DNA of 64,000 nt, from positions 178,498,001 to 178,562,000 of the forward strand of contig NC_042997.1 of NCBI RefSeq assembly GCF_006345805.1, in the 5' to 3' direction. This stretch comes from Octopus sinensis (lineage: Eukaryota). This document shows positions 24,990-39,554 of this stretch, in pieces; the stretch's first letter is position 1, and each line of letters opens with the position of its first letter. The position numbers and the translations under genes were made by a program. The notes under the pieces are model-generated. The model worked only from the letters and a program-made list of their open reading frames with translations, did no database searches and was not told the origin of the DNA.

Positions 24990-25966
24990 TTCCTGGAATT
25001 CTACATCGTCATATTCAATAGCCAGTTTATCAAGTTTCATTGCCAGTTTTTTCCTTTCTCCAATCGAAAGGACATCTTAAATCTTGCTAAATTGCTTAAG
25101 AACGATGTAAAATCTCTCAAGCTGGTAACCATTTGCATCATACAGTTTTTAGCTATCCATGAAGATGAGATGAAAGATGGACCCTTTCTTCTCTCTCTCC
25201 AAATTTCAAATAGCATACGATAAAATGACAACTGTAAGTATTGTCGTATTGTCCTTTTGAAATATCTCAATAAATATGAGGCTGGAACTCGCGTCAATGG
25301 CGCTGTTGTTTGTTTGTAAGAGCTGCCATTGTTGTTTTAACGATATCCGCAAGATATCCACTAGGGTATCGTCAAATTGATTTGCTTCTGATTCGGTGGT
25401 TAGTCAGTTTGTGAGACCGTTTCTAAAACTTTCTTGAAGTCGATCCAGACACGAGACAGGCTGCTTTTTGTACATTCGCGTCGTCATCCTATATTATTTT
25501 GTTGAGAATTAATTGATAGATTGTCCAAAGTATTCAACAAAAATTACATTGCTTTTAGCAAATGTTCAGTCATACTGTTTGATACCAGCTCATTGTAAAC
25601 TAAAACAATATTGGATGAAGCGAATGTACAATAAATAAATAAATAAATTCATAAATAAATAAATAAATAAAGAAATAAACGAGCCTGTCTAGTGGTTCGG
25701 TTTTATTGTTTAAATTTTAAAAGAAATTATACTGCGGTGTCACAGTGTTTTAAAGAGAATAGTAATAAAACCCTGTTTATTAAAAGTGTTTGGATTTATG
25801 GTAATTCTTGTCATTAATCAAATAATCAAAAAGAAAGAAACAAATAAACACAGATTTCTACTGTTGTATAGTGATATACATACATACATACACGAATATA
25901 TACATATACACATATCCGATATTTACATGCTATTATTTATAGCTTTATATGTACTTCGAGATCCAA

Positions 25967-26013
<47 letters not shown>

Positions 26014-26221
26014 ATATAATTTCAATAGGGAGCAAATAATTCACGTAAAAATAATTTACGAAGATATCATTGACTCTATTGTTATTATTATTTAGTGCAG
26101 CAATTTAAAAATTATAGTAACAGAATCAATAATATAGGTGATTGCAGGCCCCACCCAAAAGCATTAAATAGCTGAAGGACTAAAATTAATCAAAGGACAA
26201 GCTAAATATGCTCTTTGATTA

Positions 26222-26362
<141 letters not shown>

Positions 26363-26489
26363 CAAGTAACATACTGAGGAAAAGTGCTACTTCAAAGGAT
26401 TGTGTTAAACATCCAATTCACTAGTACGTCAGTTGGATACCATATAATTATTGGTATAATTGAATTATAAAGAAAAGTTAAATATGGAG

Positions 26490-27193
26490 ATATTCTATTG
26501 ACAATCCAATAATTTATTTATATTACAATATTGCATTAAATACTATGAATATAATAAATAACATAAAATAACATTATATATTATAAATAATTATAAAAAC
26601 AACAAAAGACCAACAAATTATTTCGACTAATATATATTTTTTCTGATAAACATAATCACAGTTCCAGTATATATAAAGGGTCATGGCTTTAGAAAAAGAT
26701 GAAATTCCGTGTGAAAAGACGGCTGTATTGTAAAAATTTATTCAAATACTTGTGTTATGAGCGTGAGCATTAACTATTCAATCATTTATCAATCGCAATT
26801 CTAAAACAACAAAAACACTTTAACGGACGATGTAATCAAGTAAGTGCAATCCACAACCATCGAATTTCACTTCATTATATCTCAAACACATACCAATTGA
26901 AACCCTTTCATGTCCAAATAATCGCTTGTCATCACAACATACAGCAATAAGATATGTGTGTATATAAATGTACATAATTAAGTATCTAAGTCTTCTCCTA
27001 CGTATAACTGCAACCAAAATATACAAACAGTTACATCTTCAATACAACAACTCTTTTATCTATTTAAATTAGTTGGTATAAAAATATTGATTAAATTAAT
27101 TAATAATAACATTCTATATTTATTATTTTCTCCACGGGATAAATCCGTAAATTACTGCCAAAATAGACTGTAAACGTGATAAACCAAAATACC

Positions 27194-27279
<86 letters not shown>

Positions 27280-27400
27280 AATTTTTAATTTTATGTTATA
27301 TATTATTATTAATTTATATAGTAATATTTTATTTAATATTATTTCAGCATTTAATGTAATATTGTAATATAAATAAATTATTGGATTGTCAATAGAATAT
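26490..27400. repeat. 52-bp inverted repeat pair (26490-26541 / 27349-27400)
   Basis: ATATTCTATTGACAATCCAATAATTTATTTATATTACAATATT(G/A)CATTAAAT. Confidence 0.8.
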
Positions 27401-27405
27401 TTCTT

Positions 27406-27478
<73 letters not shown>

Positions 27479-28122
27479 TGTATGTATGTATATCAATTAA
27501 AATTAAGGATAAAATCTATATAGGATTTTAGCAATGTAACTAGCATGTGAAAACCAATTAAGGTAAAAATTATACAAAGTATACAATTCTATAAATATAA
27601 TTATAAAAGTATAATGTGGGCAGTTACAAGTTAATGCCACATGCAAAAAAAAAAGATGCTAAATGGCTCCAAAGTGCCTTATCTATCACATAGAAACGTA
27701 CTGAAAGTAAGAGAATGAACAAAAACAGTTTCTTTGAAAAAGTTCAATCATATATCGATAAATTTCAGGCTTAATGATGTAATTACACTCTACCATCTGC
27801 AGTATGACATAACCGAAAGTACATAATTATAAACATTTATACATACCATACGAACACAGCGTACCCACGTGTTTTTACAAATGTTCACTCTTATATACAA
27901 GTCAAAACTCTAGTTCGTTCATCTCAGCCATGTGTGAATAACAAACTGGTTCAGCAGTGAATAAATTTTGGCTTAAGTGAATTCACATTTATATGCTGAA
28001 GCATTAATCTTCATAGGTCTTTCAATTCTTTTCAACTGAGTAGACCTATCAGTAACGTAACTCCTGGAAACAGATGTAAGTCAAATTTACTGTAATAAAG
28101 AAAATTTGTAATGACCTTTATT

Positions 28123-28153
<31 letters not shown>

Positions 28154-28164
28154 GATTATGTATA

Positions 28165-28352
28165 TAGGGGAGAGTTCACGAAAAAAAAAGAAGCAAAAGA
28201 CGAAGACAGGTGGTGTAGAAAACAAACAGATGTATTAGTATAACGCTCAGGAATTGAAAAAGTATTTTACGTTTCGTGCCTACGCGCTTCTACAGAAAGG
28301 AACACAGAAAGAAACAAGGAGAGAAAAAAAATGTGTGTAGTGGCTACCGATC
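28165..28352 (-). mobile_element. ~190-bp dispersed element with minimal hammerhead-like motif
   Basis: Homologous to 44471-44645 and 52030-52212; minus strand TTT-CTGTAGA-A-GCGCGTAGGCAC-GAAACGTA-AAA. Confidence 0.7.
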
Positions 28353-29699
28353 TATATGTATACGTGTGTGAACGTGTGTGTGTGTGTGTGTGTGTGTACA
28401 TACTACTGTTAAAACAACGAACACACACACCCGTATTTGTAGAAGATATATACAGGTACACATAATAAACTTCTTAATCCACTCAACAACTCTCCTCCCT
28501 CTATTTAAATCCTTTTAATAATGGAAGTTTTACTCGTACCCCCCACTACCATACCCAGTCTTTTACACTGCTCCAGTAATTAGTTATTTGTTTCAAACAC
28601 ATATATATACATGCACATACACTTGCACATCTACATTTACTGTCTGAGAAATTTAATGCAGCTATACAGTATAAACGTTAACCCAAATTCATATAGGATG
28701 TTCACAGTAACTTTTGTTTGACTAATGAGTACTTAGTTTCAATGTAAGGATATTTAATTCCGGAAATATCCTGCTGAAATGGTGAAATTTGGCAACTCTG
28801 GCTAATATTTCACGATAAATTTCTATTACAGATTAGGTAAGAATGGATGTGATTGTAGTTATTGCAAATAATGTGCAATATTGGTGCTAAATAGCACAAT
28901 GCTTCATAATGCTTCCTGAGTGAAAATAAATATTTTGGACATCTATGATTTTCTATAATCAACGAATCCCACTTTATTTAAATCCCAAATGGATAAATGA
29001 TTAAGAAAATCAATACAAAGAGACCAAACATCGCGAACGAAAACGATATTATTCAACTTGAGTTTACAGCCAGTTTCTCTTCGAAAGCAACATCGAAGCT
29101 TGAATTTGAACAAAGTTAAAGCAATTGAATAATAAGATAAAACCTTTATTGTTTACTGCCCAGTTTGACTTGAACAGTGATAAAACTGTGTGTTGAATGT
29201 GAAAATGTTTTTAATAATATCAGTTTCACTCCAGCTCGACTAGAATGGCATTTCAAGGTTATACGATCCATTTCTTTTAAATGCAAGAATATTTTCAAAG
29301 GGATCAAGGGCAACCCCTATTTTCGTTAATAATGTGAACAAATATTTTAATTGCATGGCATTGGTTACTGATTAGCAAATACAGGTGAAAAACATACTAT
29401 CACAGAAAACTTAAGGCTTTGAGCAAAAGATTCGATGAAATGATGATAGATAAAAATATGCAAAAAATTTTGATAATGTATTAACGTTTTATGAACTAAA
29501 GCTGCAGTTTGAAGATGTGTTCATGGAATGTTAAATAACTGTGAAACTGAGACGTGTTAAAATGAACACAGAAGCTGGCATTTGGCAATTCAAGCTAATA
29601 TTACACAGTAATTTTCAATTGCTTTCAGTTTATGTAACAATAAATAGTGCACGATATTGGTGTGAAATAGTTTAAGGATTTTCATAATGCATGCATAGT

Positions 29700-30920
29700 G
29701 AAGACGCGGTTGAGGTCACATCTTCAAATGGATGAATCAATAGATGTTGCTGGTTTAGCAGTTTTGTTTGCGCTAAAGGCTGCATTTATGAAGATAGTAT
29801 TAATTTGTCGTGTCGGTCTTTGGAGATATCATGCTACAACGGGAACAATATTCAATTTAATTTATTTCTGCACAAGAAAAGAAAAATTTCGCGGTAACTT
29901 CACGAATACTTGTATGGATGGAGCTGCAGCTATGATTTGGAAGATATCCGATACGGCTGCAACAATAAAAAAGAAAAATTCAGTCAGAATGTTGATGGCA
30001 TTCACTATAGTTTTTACCGTCAAGCATTAATAGTGAGGTGTATACTTTAATATCTGAAAGAAGTTGTAAATGCTATTATAAAACTGGTCAGTTTTATTAA
30101 ACCAAGACCAGAAAATGCAAGAAGTTTTCGTTTATTATGTGAAAATATTGGAAATCTGCATGTAACGCTACTACTACATACAGAAGTGCAGTGATCATTG
30201 CAATGAAAAGTGTTTAGTACAATTGCATGAAGGAATTGGGTTATTTCTGTCTTAATATCTTTTTTAACTTTCAACTGTACTAAACGATCATTGTTAGACG
30301 GAAAAAAAAGATGGCGTATGTTTCTGTGATATATCCACTTACTAAAATAAGCTTGATCATGTAGTGCAGAATATAATATAGCATGTTTCAATGTCGAAAA
30401 TAAATTAAACGCACTTAAGTGTAAACAAAAACTCTGCGATGCTTATGTAGCTTAGGATGATATAAAATGTTTCGAAATTTTTAGTGATTTTTTAAAACTA
30501 TCAAACAGTTTCCCTAAGCCAAAATAAAAGATTCATTTAGCAATACCAGTATTTTCCAGTTAAAACTTAGAGCCAACTTTGGGTAAAATACCCATTTGTA
30601 AACTCGTTAAACTTAGGAAATCTTTTACGTGAAGAAAATAGCAGAAGATAGACTTTACAACAGATTTTATCCATGGCAATATCTGTTTAATGGGCTTGCG
30701 CATGTACGCGCTTGTGCTTGTATGAAACTGCAGAAGCGTATAATCTTTATTTTCTAGCATGTATATAAATACATGTTTATGGCATACCTTTCACATGAAA
30801 GGCATTTACAACAATAGTAGAAACAGACATCAGATGCTGACTTGCGGTTACGAGTGCTATCCATAATTTCAAAGACTAAGTCATGATGTAACCCGAAGCA
30901 GGTTCATCTAACGAACTGAT
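29700..30920 (+). mobile_element. Degraded hAT (Charlie/Buster-like) transposase
   Basis: LQMDESIDVAGLAVL, CMDGAAAM, KLVSFIKPRP..LLLHTEVQ* motifs with many stops; may begin near 29000. Confidence 0.8.
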
Positions 30921-31047
30921 TTTTGAAGTTTTACTCATGAAGTTGGATTTCTGAAACTACTAATGCTAGAAAGATATATAAATAATCTAGCACAATGTTA
31001 TTTTAATACTCACTTGCAGCATGGTTATAATAATTATATTTGCAGCT

Positions 31048-31228
31048 ATCTTTCGTCTGCCGTTACGTTCTGAGTTCAAATTCCGCCGAGGTCGACTTTG
31101 CCTTTCATCCTTTCGGGGTCGATAAATTAAGTACCAGGTACGCACTGGGGTCGATGTAATCGACTTAATCTGTTTGTCTGTCCTTGTTTGTCCCCTCTAT
31201 GTTTATCCCCTACTGGGCAATAAAGAAT
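31048..31228 (+). mobile_element. 5'-truncated SINE family A with 13-bp TSD
   Basis: TATATTTGCAGCT on both sides. Confidence 0.88.
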
Positions 31229-31864
31229 ATATATTTGCAGCTGTTTTTTAGGTTCCAAAACATTTCTGCTAATTCTATGAATTCGAAAGGTTTGAAATCC
31301 CTGTCTATAGATAAAGTATTTACCGCCAGTCAGCTTTAACAGACAGATCTATAAGACAATTAAAATATGACAAGAGACGGTAAGAAAAATCTTGTGTGTA
31401 GTCTCAATGAGGACATGATTAAAACAATAAGAGCTATTGGGTAAATCATGTTATTCGATGTTGCTCAGAATCCGTAAAAAGATAATGGTGACTAAAGTAA
31501 TATTAATAAATATCTCTCATTAAACACAATTACGAGTTCCGACACACTAAGACAGCAACAACTCTATCTTCCTCATATCACATTCTATTGTTCTGACACT
31601 ATAGTCTGTCTTTGATTTTGGTCTGCTCGCTCAAAGACGATCCGGAATAAAACAACTACGACAATGTCATCAACAACTGCCATTGATACTAGGAAATGTT
31701 TCATGGAACTATACGTTAAACGGTTTAGGAGAGTATTCTTTCTGCGCCTCTTCTGGCTTGGTTGTCTCTATATCTAACAAAACTTTCACTTATTGGAGAA
31801 TCCAAACTAAGACTTCCACATTATTGACCCACATTATGTTATATAGTGCACTTGCTGATGAATT

Positions 31865-32264
31865 CCTATTTCTTTACAATCCACAAGGGGCTAAACACAG
31901 AGAGGACAAACAAGGACAGATAAACGGATTAAGTCGATTATATCGACCCCAGTACTTATTTAATCGACCCCGAAATGATGAAAGAATGAAAGCAAAGTCG
32001 ACCTCGGCGGGATTTGAACTCAGAACGTAGCGGCAGACGAAATACCTATTTCTTTATTACCCACAAAGGGATAAACATAGAGGGAACAAACAAGGACAGA
32101 CATAGGTATTAAGTCGATTAAATCGACCCCAGTGCGTAACTGGTACTTAATTTATCGACCCCGAAAGGATGAAAGGCAAAGTCGACCTCGGCAGAATTTG
32201 AACTCACAACGTAACGGCAGACGAAATACCGCTAAGCATTTCGCCCGGCGTGCTAACGTTTCTG
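31865..32264 (-). mobile_element. SINE family A dimer
   Basis: GACGAAATACCTATTTC junction at ~32045. Confidence 0.88.
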
Positions 32265-32673
32265 TTAGTCCGTCGGAGAAATGTTAATGTGTAGTATCTT
32301 ACAATGTCACCAGTGCTGACTTCCTCAGGATCTGATTTCTTGCTCTGTTGCATTAGACGAATACATTTATATACAACCACAGGGAAAAAAATCTGGAGAG
32401 CAAAAATATATAAATAAATAAATAAATGTAATGTGGATTGTAAATTGATATATTTTAAGTCAAAAATATTTCTAACTTTTCTGCAAATTAATTGGGAAGT
32501 TTTAATTACTGAAACATTTTTAAAACAAGCAAACAAACAAACATACGAAAGAATAAACTTAAGGTAAAAAGTTAATTGTATAATTTACCACTAAAAATAT
32601 ATATTTATGATGAAAGAAAAACTGTTTCGAAATCTGTGATACTCCAAAATATCATATTCTACAATGATGACTT

Positions 32674-32850
32674 GCGGTATTTCGCCTGCCCTTACGTTCT
32701 GAGTTCACATTCCGCTGAGGTCGACTTTGCCTTTCATCTTTTCGGGGTCGATTAAATAAGTACCAGTTACGCACTGGGGTCGATATAATCGACTTAATCT
32801 TGTTTGTCCCCTCTATATTTAGCCCTCTGTGGGCAATAAACAAAAAAAAA
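32674..32850 (+). mobile_element. 5'-truncated SINE family A
   Basis: Body and tail match family A. Confidence 0.85.
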
Positions 32851-32994
32851 TTGATGGTGCACTATAACTAAGTTTCTATCAGAATCATTGTTTAATGTAT
32901 TTAAGGCGATTGTGTGATGGATATGGTATCATGCTGGGCTACATGTAAAAATAGTTTGTTCTACTACAGGTAATTGGCCTGATAGTTTTGGTGG

Positions 32995-33399
32995 GACACA
33001 GCTAGTCAATTACATTGACCTCAGTCCTCAACTTATACTTACTTTATCGATCTAGAGAGAATGAAAGGTAAAGTTGATCTCGACGGAATTTGAACTCAGA
33101 AAAAAAAAGAGGACTAAATGCTACTAAACATTCTTTCCAGTGTGCAAACGACTCTGCCTTCTCACCTATTTCTTTACAACCCACAAGGGGCTAGACACAG
33201 AGAGGACATACAATGAAGGACAAACGGATTAAGTCGATTTTATCGACCTCAGTGCGTAACTGGTACTTATTTAATCGAGCCCGAAAGGATGAAAAGCAAA
33301 GTTGACTTCGGCGGAATTTGAACTCAGAACGTAAACACAGACGAAATACTGCTACGCATTTCGCCTGGCGTGTTAACGTTTCTGCTAGCTCACCGCCTT
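32995..33399 (-). mobile_element. Old degenerate SINE A-like copy (32995-33160) next to a younger full copy (33165-33399)
   Basis: Both show GGAATTTGAACTCAGAA. Confidence 0.8.
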
Positions 33400-34145
33400 A
33401 ATAAAAATATTTGATAATGTAAACCAAAACAACTTTGATTTACGTTCTGAGTTTAAACCGTATCAGGGTTGTTTTTCTGATTTTTCATTCAAAATCGATA
33501 AACACTGTTACAAATGAAATTGGTAATTGGGACAATTTAACCTACGGCACTCCTATAATAGTGGCTTTGTATATATGTAAGAACATTAGAAATTTATATT
33601 TTGTACTTAAGCTTCGTGAAAGAAAGGATGGCTACCAGCAAGATTATATAATATCGATATAGTATCGATATAATATCGCTGTGCATAATCAAACAAAACA
33701 TCATTCTGTTGACGGTACTGGTTCTCTACTGGCCAGACCAAGCCATAGTACAAAACAACTTTGATTTATTTTGGATTGGAAAATATTTCATATGATTTCT
33801 ATTAATGCCAAAGGAACCGAATGCAAGTCATTCATTTTATCATCTTACCTGAACTTCTCAGATTTTATGACTATGATAGGAAAAACACTTCGAATAACGC
33901 AAGATTCTAGAAGTAAATCGTTTCTCCTACCATTATCATTTCACCGAGTGGAGCAATTTTAATTTACCCCTTTATATATTATATTATATGTATACATAAC
34001 TATACATACACACTCACACACATACATCTATGTACGTGCGTGTATATTTTTACATATAGAAGATAAAGTTATATCTTGAGTGACAACAACACTCAAGATA
34101 TACAATGGACTGGAAATAGAGGTGCTCCAATGAGCTGTATACACG

Positions 34146-34469
34146 TTTTTATCCAAGGGGAGGCAATTGGAGCAACAACCACAGGTACACCACAAAATTC
34201 AAAGATAGGCCAAACACATGCAAATCCTATATACTAGTTTATATCTATGCAGTTCGACATATTAGAAATTAAAAAATTCAGTAATATATAAGTATCATAT
34301 ACAAATAAAAATATAAATACAAATATAAATATAAAAATAAGTATAAATATAAATTTTGCATTTAACACGCTTAAAACTGTTAGAATAAGAGGAATAAATA
34401 TAGTGATAATATAAAAATATAGCATATATGCCTGGTTGTTGCTCCTATTGCCACCCCTTGGATAAAAAA
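34146..34469. repeat. ~36-bp inverted repeat pair around AT-rich spacer
   Basis: TTTTTATCCAAGGGG(A/T)GGCAAT(T/A)GGAGCAACAACCA. Confidence 0.8.
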
Positions 34470-35039
34470 GTATTTTTACATATATACATTATATGCATAA
34501 CTTCATGTACTTTACTGTTATCTACATTACCCTATAATATACATTATAAACATTTTAATCTCTAATCTTTTCCCTCTTGTATACATTTATATAAAATCAT
34601 TAATGACTATACTTACTAACAAACTCAGCATTTACCCAGGACGCCTCCATGAAGATAAATTCTTCAACTGGGTAAATACCATCCACATCATTTGAAGCGC
34701 ACCCGTATCCATATTCATGTATACTAAAGCCTTATTTGAAGAATACCACGGCTTTTTTCTGAAAGTAGAAATCAAATTAGTAACATTGATCTGTAATTAA
34801 TTTGCTTAGTGAATACTTAATACTGACTTCTGAGAGACTTTTTCAATATTAATTTATGCTTTATAATATTTTTCACGTTGGAAGTCTCTAAGTGCTGGTT
34901 CGAATTACTAGAAACAGCATCCTTTAAATCAAACTGTACAGCCTTGAAAAATGACACATTGAGTAGCTTATGTCATCCTAGGTGCATAGTATTATTTGAA
35001 AAAAGAAAAAAAATTAATAAAGTGCTTCAATTACTACCG

Positions 35040-37200
35040 GAATAATTATTGTCTTGGTCTTCCACAGTCTCCTCAGCTCTCTGGTTAAATCTTGAAATTT
35101 CTCAATTTTTTCGATTTCTTTGGTAACAATTCAGCTGTCAGGGAATTGCAAAATCTATGCTTTTACACTGTATATTTTCTCCTTTATGATCTCATTTGCT
35201 CTTCTTGCTACAATAGTATGACCAATCTTTATGGAGGAATCCCACAAAATCTTGCATTTCTCATTTTCTGTCACGGTCGCTGGTTCGTGTTCATACCACT
35301 TTTCCGTTGTTTTAAAGCCACACATTGGGCTAACATTCAAATGCACTCCTTTGTCTATACAGGAATATCTGCGCTTATACTCTTTTTGTGACAGTATACT
35401 GCATTCACTCAAAAAGTGATTGATACTTTCGTCTCCTTTCCTGCACATTCTACATTTGCTGTCCGACTGAATTTTATCGATCTTTGCCTTTATCAGGATT
35501 ATTCTAAGGGTTTGTTTTCAAAGCTGCTATAGTTATCGTTTCTGTCTCTCGTTTCAAGTTTCTGTTCGTCAACCAGAGTCAACGATCTTTACTTCCAACT
35601 TTCTCAGTTTGTTGCACGAATTGGCCATGAAGTTTCATTTCTTTCCATTTGTTTGATCTGATCTGTTGTTCTTCCTTCTCTCTTTGAATTCTCATATTGT
35701 TTAGGTCACCTTTTGGGTATCGCTGGCTGCCGATAGTATTCTTTATTTACTCTGCTTAATATAATTTTTCAGATCAAGTTTCGCAGTATTAACATTGTCT
35801 TTTGCGTTTAGTAATCCTCTTCAACAAGTCCTCTCTTGTCAGGTAGAGTCGTCGGTATAGCTTTTAAGATGGAGAGCGTTATGTATTGTTAGCAGCTTTC
35901 TTGTTCTTCTCTTCAAGTTCTGCAGCTCAACATTTGTCCCATATCGCAGTATGGGCATAAACCCATGTATTTATGGCTTTAACGGTGTTCCTGCTATTTA
36001 ATTTTATTTCGAGCAACCTTTCTAATTCTCTTCTTGTATTCTATAGTGACTTTCTCTCTAATTTATCCTTCCATTACCCTACCGTCTTGTGAAGGTGCAT
36101 GGCTCAGTGGTTAGAGCGTCGAGCTTACGATCGTGAGGTTGTGAGCTCGAATCCCGGACCGGACTGCGTATTGTGTTCTTGAGCAAGACACTTTATTTCA
36201 CGTTGCTCCAGTTCACTCAGCTGTAGAAATGAGTTGCGACGTCACAGGTGCCAAGCTGTATCAGCCTTTGCCTTTCACTTGGATAATACTGGTGGCGTGT
36301 AGAGGGGAGGTCAGTATGCATGGGCGAATACTGGTCTTTCATAAACAACCTTGTCCAGACTTGTGCCTGGGAGGGTAACTTTCTAGGTGCAAGCCCATGG
36401 TCAGTGTCATGACCGAATGGGGTCACACACACACACCCTTCCGTCTTGAAGCAGTCCTAGATATTTGTACCTCTCATTATTCCAGAGTGACCTAATGATG
36501 TTGCCTTGTAGTGATCTTATTCCCACAGAGTTTACCTTCCGGCCTCTCTTCATAATTAGTATTGCGCAGTTATTTACACTCAACTGCATTCCAGTATACT
36601 GAATATTCTGCTCGGTTGAAAGTGTCTAGGTCTGTCTCATTTTTGTATACAACTGAGGTCATCCATATAAAGTAGATGATTTATCATTTTGAACTTTGTA
36701 AACTGTTATATCGTACGTTCCGATGACCTCTACTTAACTCAACTCCCGACGTCTAGACTTCTCCCTTTATATCTACGTATTGGGCTAGCCTACTTCATCG
36801 TCTGGTGGCGTCCACTCAACATAAACTCATAGGAAAGCCTCGATTTTCTAAGTATAATCGTCAGGGGTATTAGAGGAATGACGAAGTTCAACGGAGAGAG
36901 CGAATCTCCTAGGAATATGTTCCTGCATATTTTCATATTACCTAGCGATCCATTTGCACATTTCAGTTCTTTCTTTTTCTTCCTATCATCCAATTACATT
37001 TTACTTTCTGCATTAAACTTATCATCCATGCCCCTCTCTCACTTTTCCATACATATTAACCATGTTCCTGAAATAAGTATTCAATCACTGCATTAAGTAA
37101 CACCAAGTTTTATTTGCAGCATATTTCAGTTTTCTTCCGACAGTACAAATCGCCTTTATAGCTTTGATCTATAATTGCATTGGTCTCTGAAATTTTAATG
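35040..37200 (-). mobile_element. Degraded RLE-type non-LTR retrotransposon (R4/Dong-like)
   Basis: IFLGDSLSPLNFVI, INHLLYMDDL, C..C...ESINHFLSEC zinc knuckle, WYEHEP..KILWD, KIEKFQDLTRELRRLW. Confidence 0.85.
36090..36435 (+). mobile_element. SINE family C variant nested in the R4-like LINE, 13-bp TSD
   Basis: TGGCTCAGTGGTTAGAGCG A box, CTCGAATCCC B box; CCCT(A/T)CCGTCTTG flanks. Confidence 0.88.
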
Positions 37201-37498
37201 TCTGGTTCGAAGACACCGTTCTATTGGTCATTATAGACATCTTAAGCGAAAGCGTATAAAACTTCTTGAAATTTCTCAGTCGAAGCTTTTATGGAAATAA
37301 ATTGCCCCTATATTTGAATCTCTGTGATTTTCTTTCTGCTGCATAAATATCCACAAATAGATTGGTATATATGTGAAGTTGTCGGCAAGAGTAATCTTTG
37401 CTATGTACCTACGTATATTTCGCCCAAGGCTTGCCGAAAACGTTTCTGTACCTTTGGGCAATTGCAACCCGCATGCATACACACACACACGCACATAA

Positions 37499-37499
<1 letters not shown>

Positions 37500-37563
<64 letters not shown>

Positions 37564-37597
37564 ATATATATAGATATATATATATATTATATATATA

Positions 37598-37678
<81 letters not shown>

Positions 37679-37695
37679 ATATACATATATTGACA

Positions 37696-37739
<44 letters not shown>

Positions 37740-37760
37740 TATATGCATATATATATATGC

Positions 37761-37829
<69 letters not shown>

Positions 37830-37900
37830 TATATATATATGTGTGTATATATGCATACACATAAACATAGATCGCACACACACACGCATACACATACGCA
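37500..37900. repeat. Long interrupted (TA)n array
   Basis: Direct reading. Confidence 0.95.
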
Positions 37901-39064
37901 AACACACACAAATTCTTATCTAGCGAAATTGTTTCGTTTTCCTAATCACCATGGTTGGTATCTGGTCGTCTTTGTCAGATCACATTCAGCGTGTTAGTCA
38001 CAAATTGACCACCTTCACATGCATTTATTTGCTTATCTATTTATTTATGATTTTGGTTCGAAGAAATGTAATCTTTATGACATGATCCCATAGGATCAGT
38101 GTACCTGGTTTCTTCCTTCATTCACGGCTCTACATTAAACGGAGATCATATGGCATTATATAATCTTTATTGGTTCAATTATAGATTCAATGGTATGCGA
38201 GTAAATTCAAACGATTAGAACATTTACAGATGAGACAAATATCTGACAAAATTTACTGAAGGTTATTGTGTTGGAGATTATAATTTCTTCTCAATACCAA
38301 CAGAAAATATATATTGCTATTGTAATAGATGTAAAAGTTGCATGGATAATGTATTGCCTACCAGATCAGGAACTGTGAGTTCAATTTCACCACAAGTATT
38401 TCATTGTTATTGTTTTTATTTAACTCCAGTCTTAACCCTACCCAGACGTTCCTGTGTTTATGAACGCATCTAAAACTACTTTATGTATCATTCCCTTTAT
38501 AAATCAGCAGTATGTGTGTGCTTTGAGAGATTTACCTGCTATTTCTAGTACGCCAGGTGATCCCTTACGGACTTCCTTACCAGCACCTTCTATCGGTGGC
38601 ATTTCATTGTGTATCTGTGTAAAACTTTTCATTCTACTTACGTTAGTTTTCCCGGAATAAGCAACATATCATTTAAAGAGGTATTTGCAGCTTCTCCATA
38701 AATTTCACCTATAAAGTGATATTAAGGTTAGTGAGAGGATGAATTTTAACCAACCAGCAAACAGACCAATAAAACAGATGATGAACTGGATCAAGTACAT
38801 AGCTGACTATATTCGAAGTAATTATGATCATAATCCGTTCTCAGTTAGAACAATGATTTCTTAATCAGTAACAAATTCAACTATTGAAGAAGAGGAGCGT
38901 AATGCTTATCACAGTTTCTGTCTTCTTATCGACTTCGAAAGGCTAACAAATAGAAGACTGACTCTCCATTAAACCCCGGAACACCTAAGGGTTATTTATA
39001 ATCAAACAGAAAACCTGTTTTAGTTGGCAGGGAAAATGAAATAAATGTATGAAAACTTTATTTA

Positions 39065-39244
39065 GGCGTAGGAGTGGCTGTGTGGTAAGTAGATTGCTTA
39101 CCAACCACATGGTTCCGGGTTCAGTCTCACTGCGTGGCACCTTGGGCAAGTGTCTTCTACTATAGCCTCGGGCCGACCAAAGCCTTATGGCTGGATTTGG
39201 TAGGCGGAAACTGAAAGAAGCCCGTCATATATATATATGTATAA

Positions 39245-39338
<94 letters not shown>

Positions 39339-39554
39339 TGTGTGTCTGTGTGCCTGTGTTTGTTCCTCTAAAATCGCTTGACAACCGATGCTGGTGTGTG
39401 TACGTCCCCGTCACCTAGCAGTTCGGCAAAAGAGACCGATAGAATAAGTACTAGGCTTACAAAGAATAAGTCCTGGGGTCGATTTGCTCGACTATAGGCG
39501 GTGCTCCAGCATGGCCTCAGTCAAATGACTGAAACAAGTAAAAGGGTAAAGAGT
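39065..39554 (+). mobile_element. SINE family B with long internal (TA)n(TG)n
   Basis: Matches 11041-11545. Confidence 0.92.

Noticed and set aside
34628-34680. 10-bp hairpin ATTTACCCAG/CTGGGTAAAT
   Set aside because: Short, no associated motif, could be chance
36090-36170. tRNA-like sequences at SINE heads
   Set aside because: A and B boxes present but no complete cloverleaf; they continue into SINE bodies
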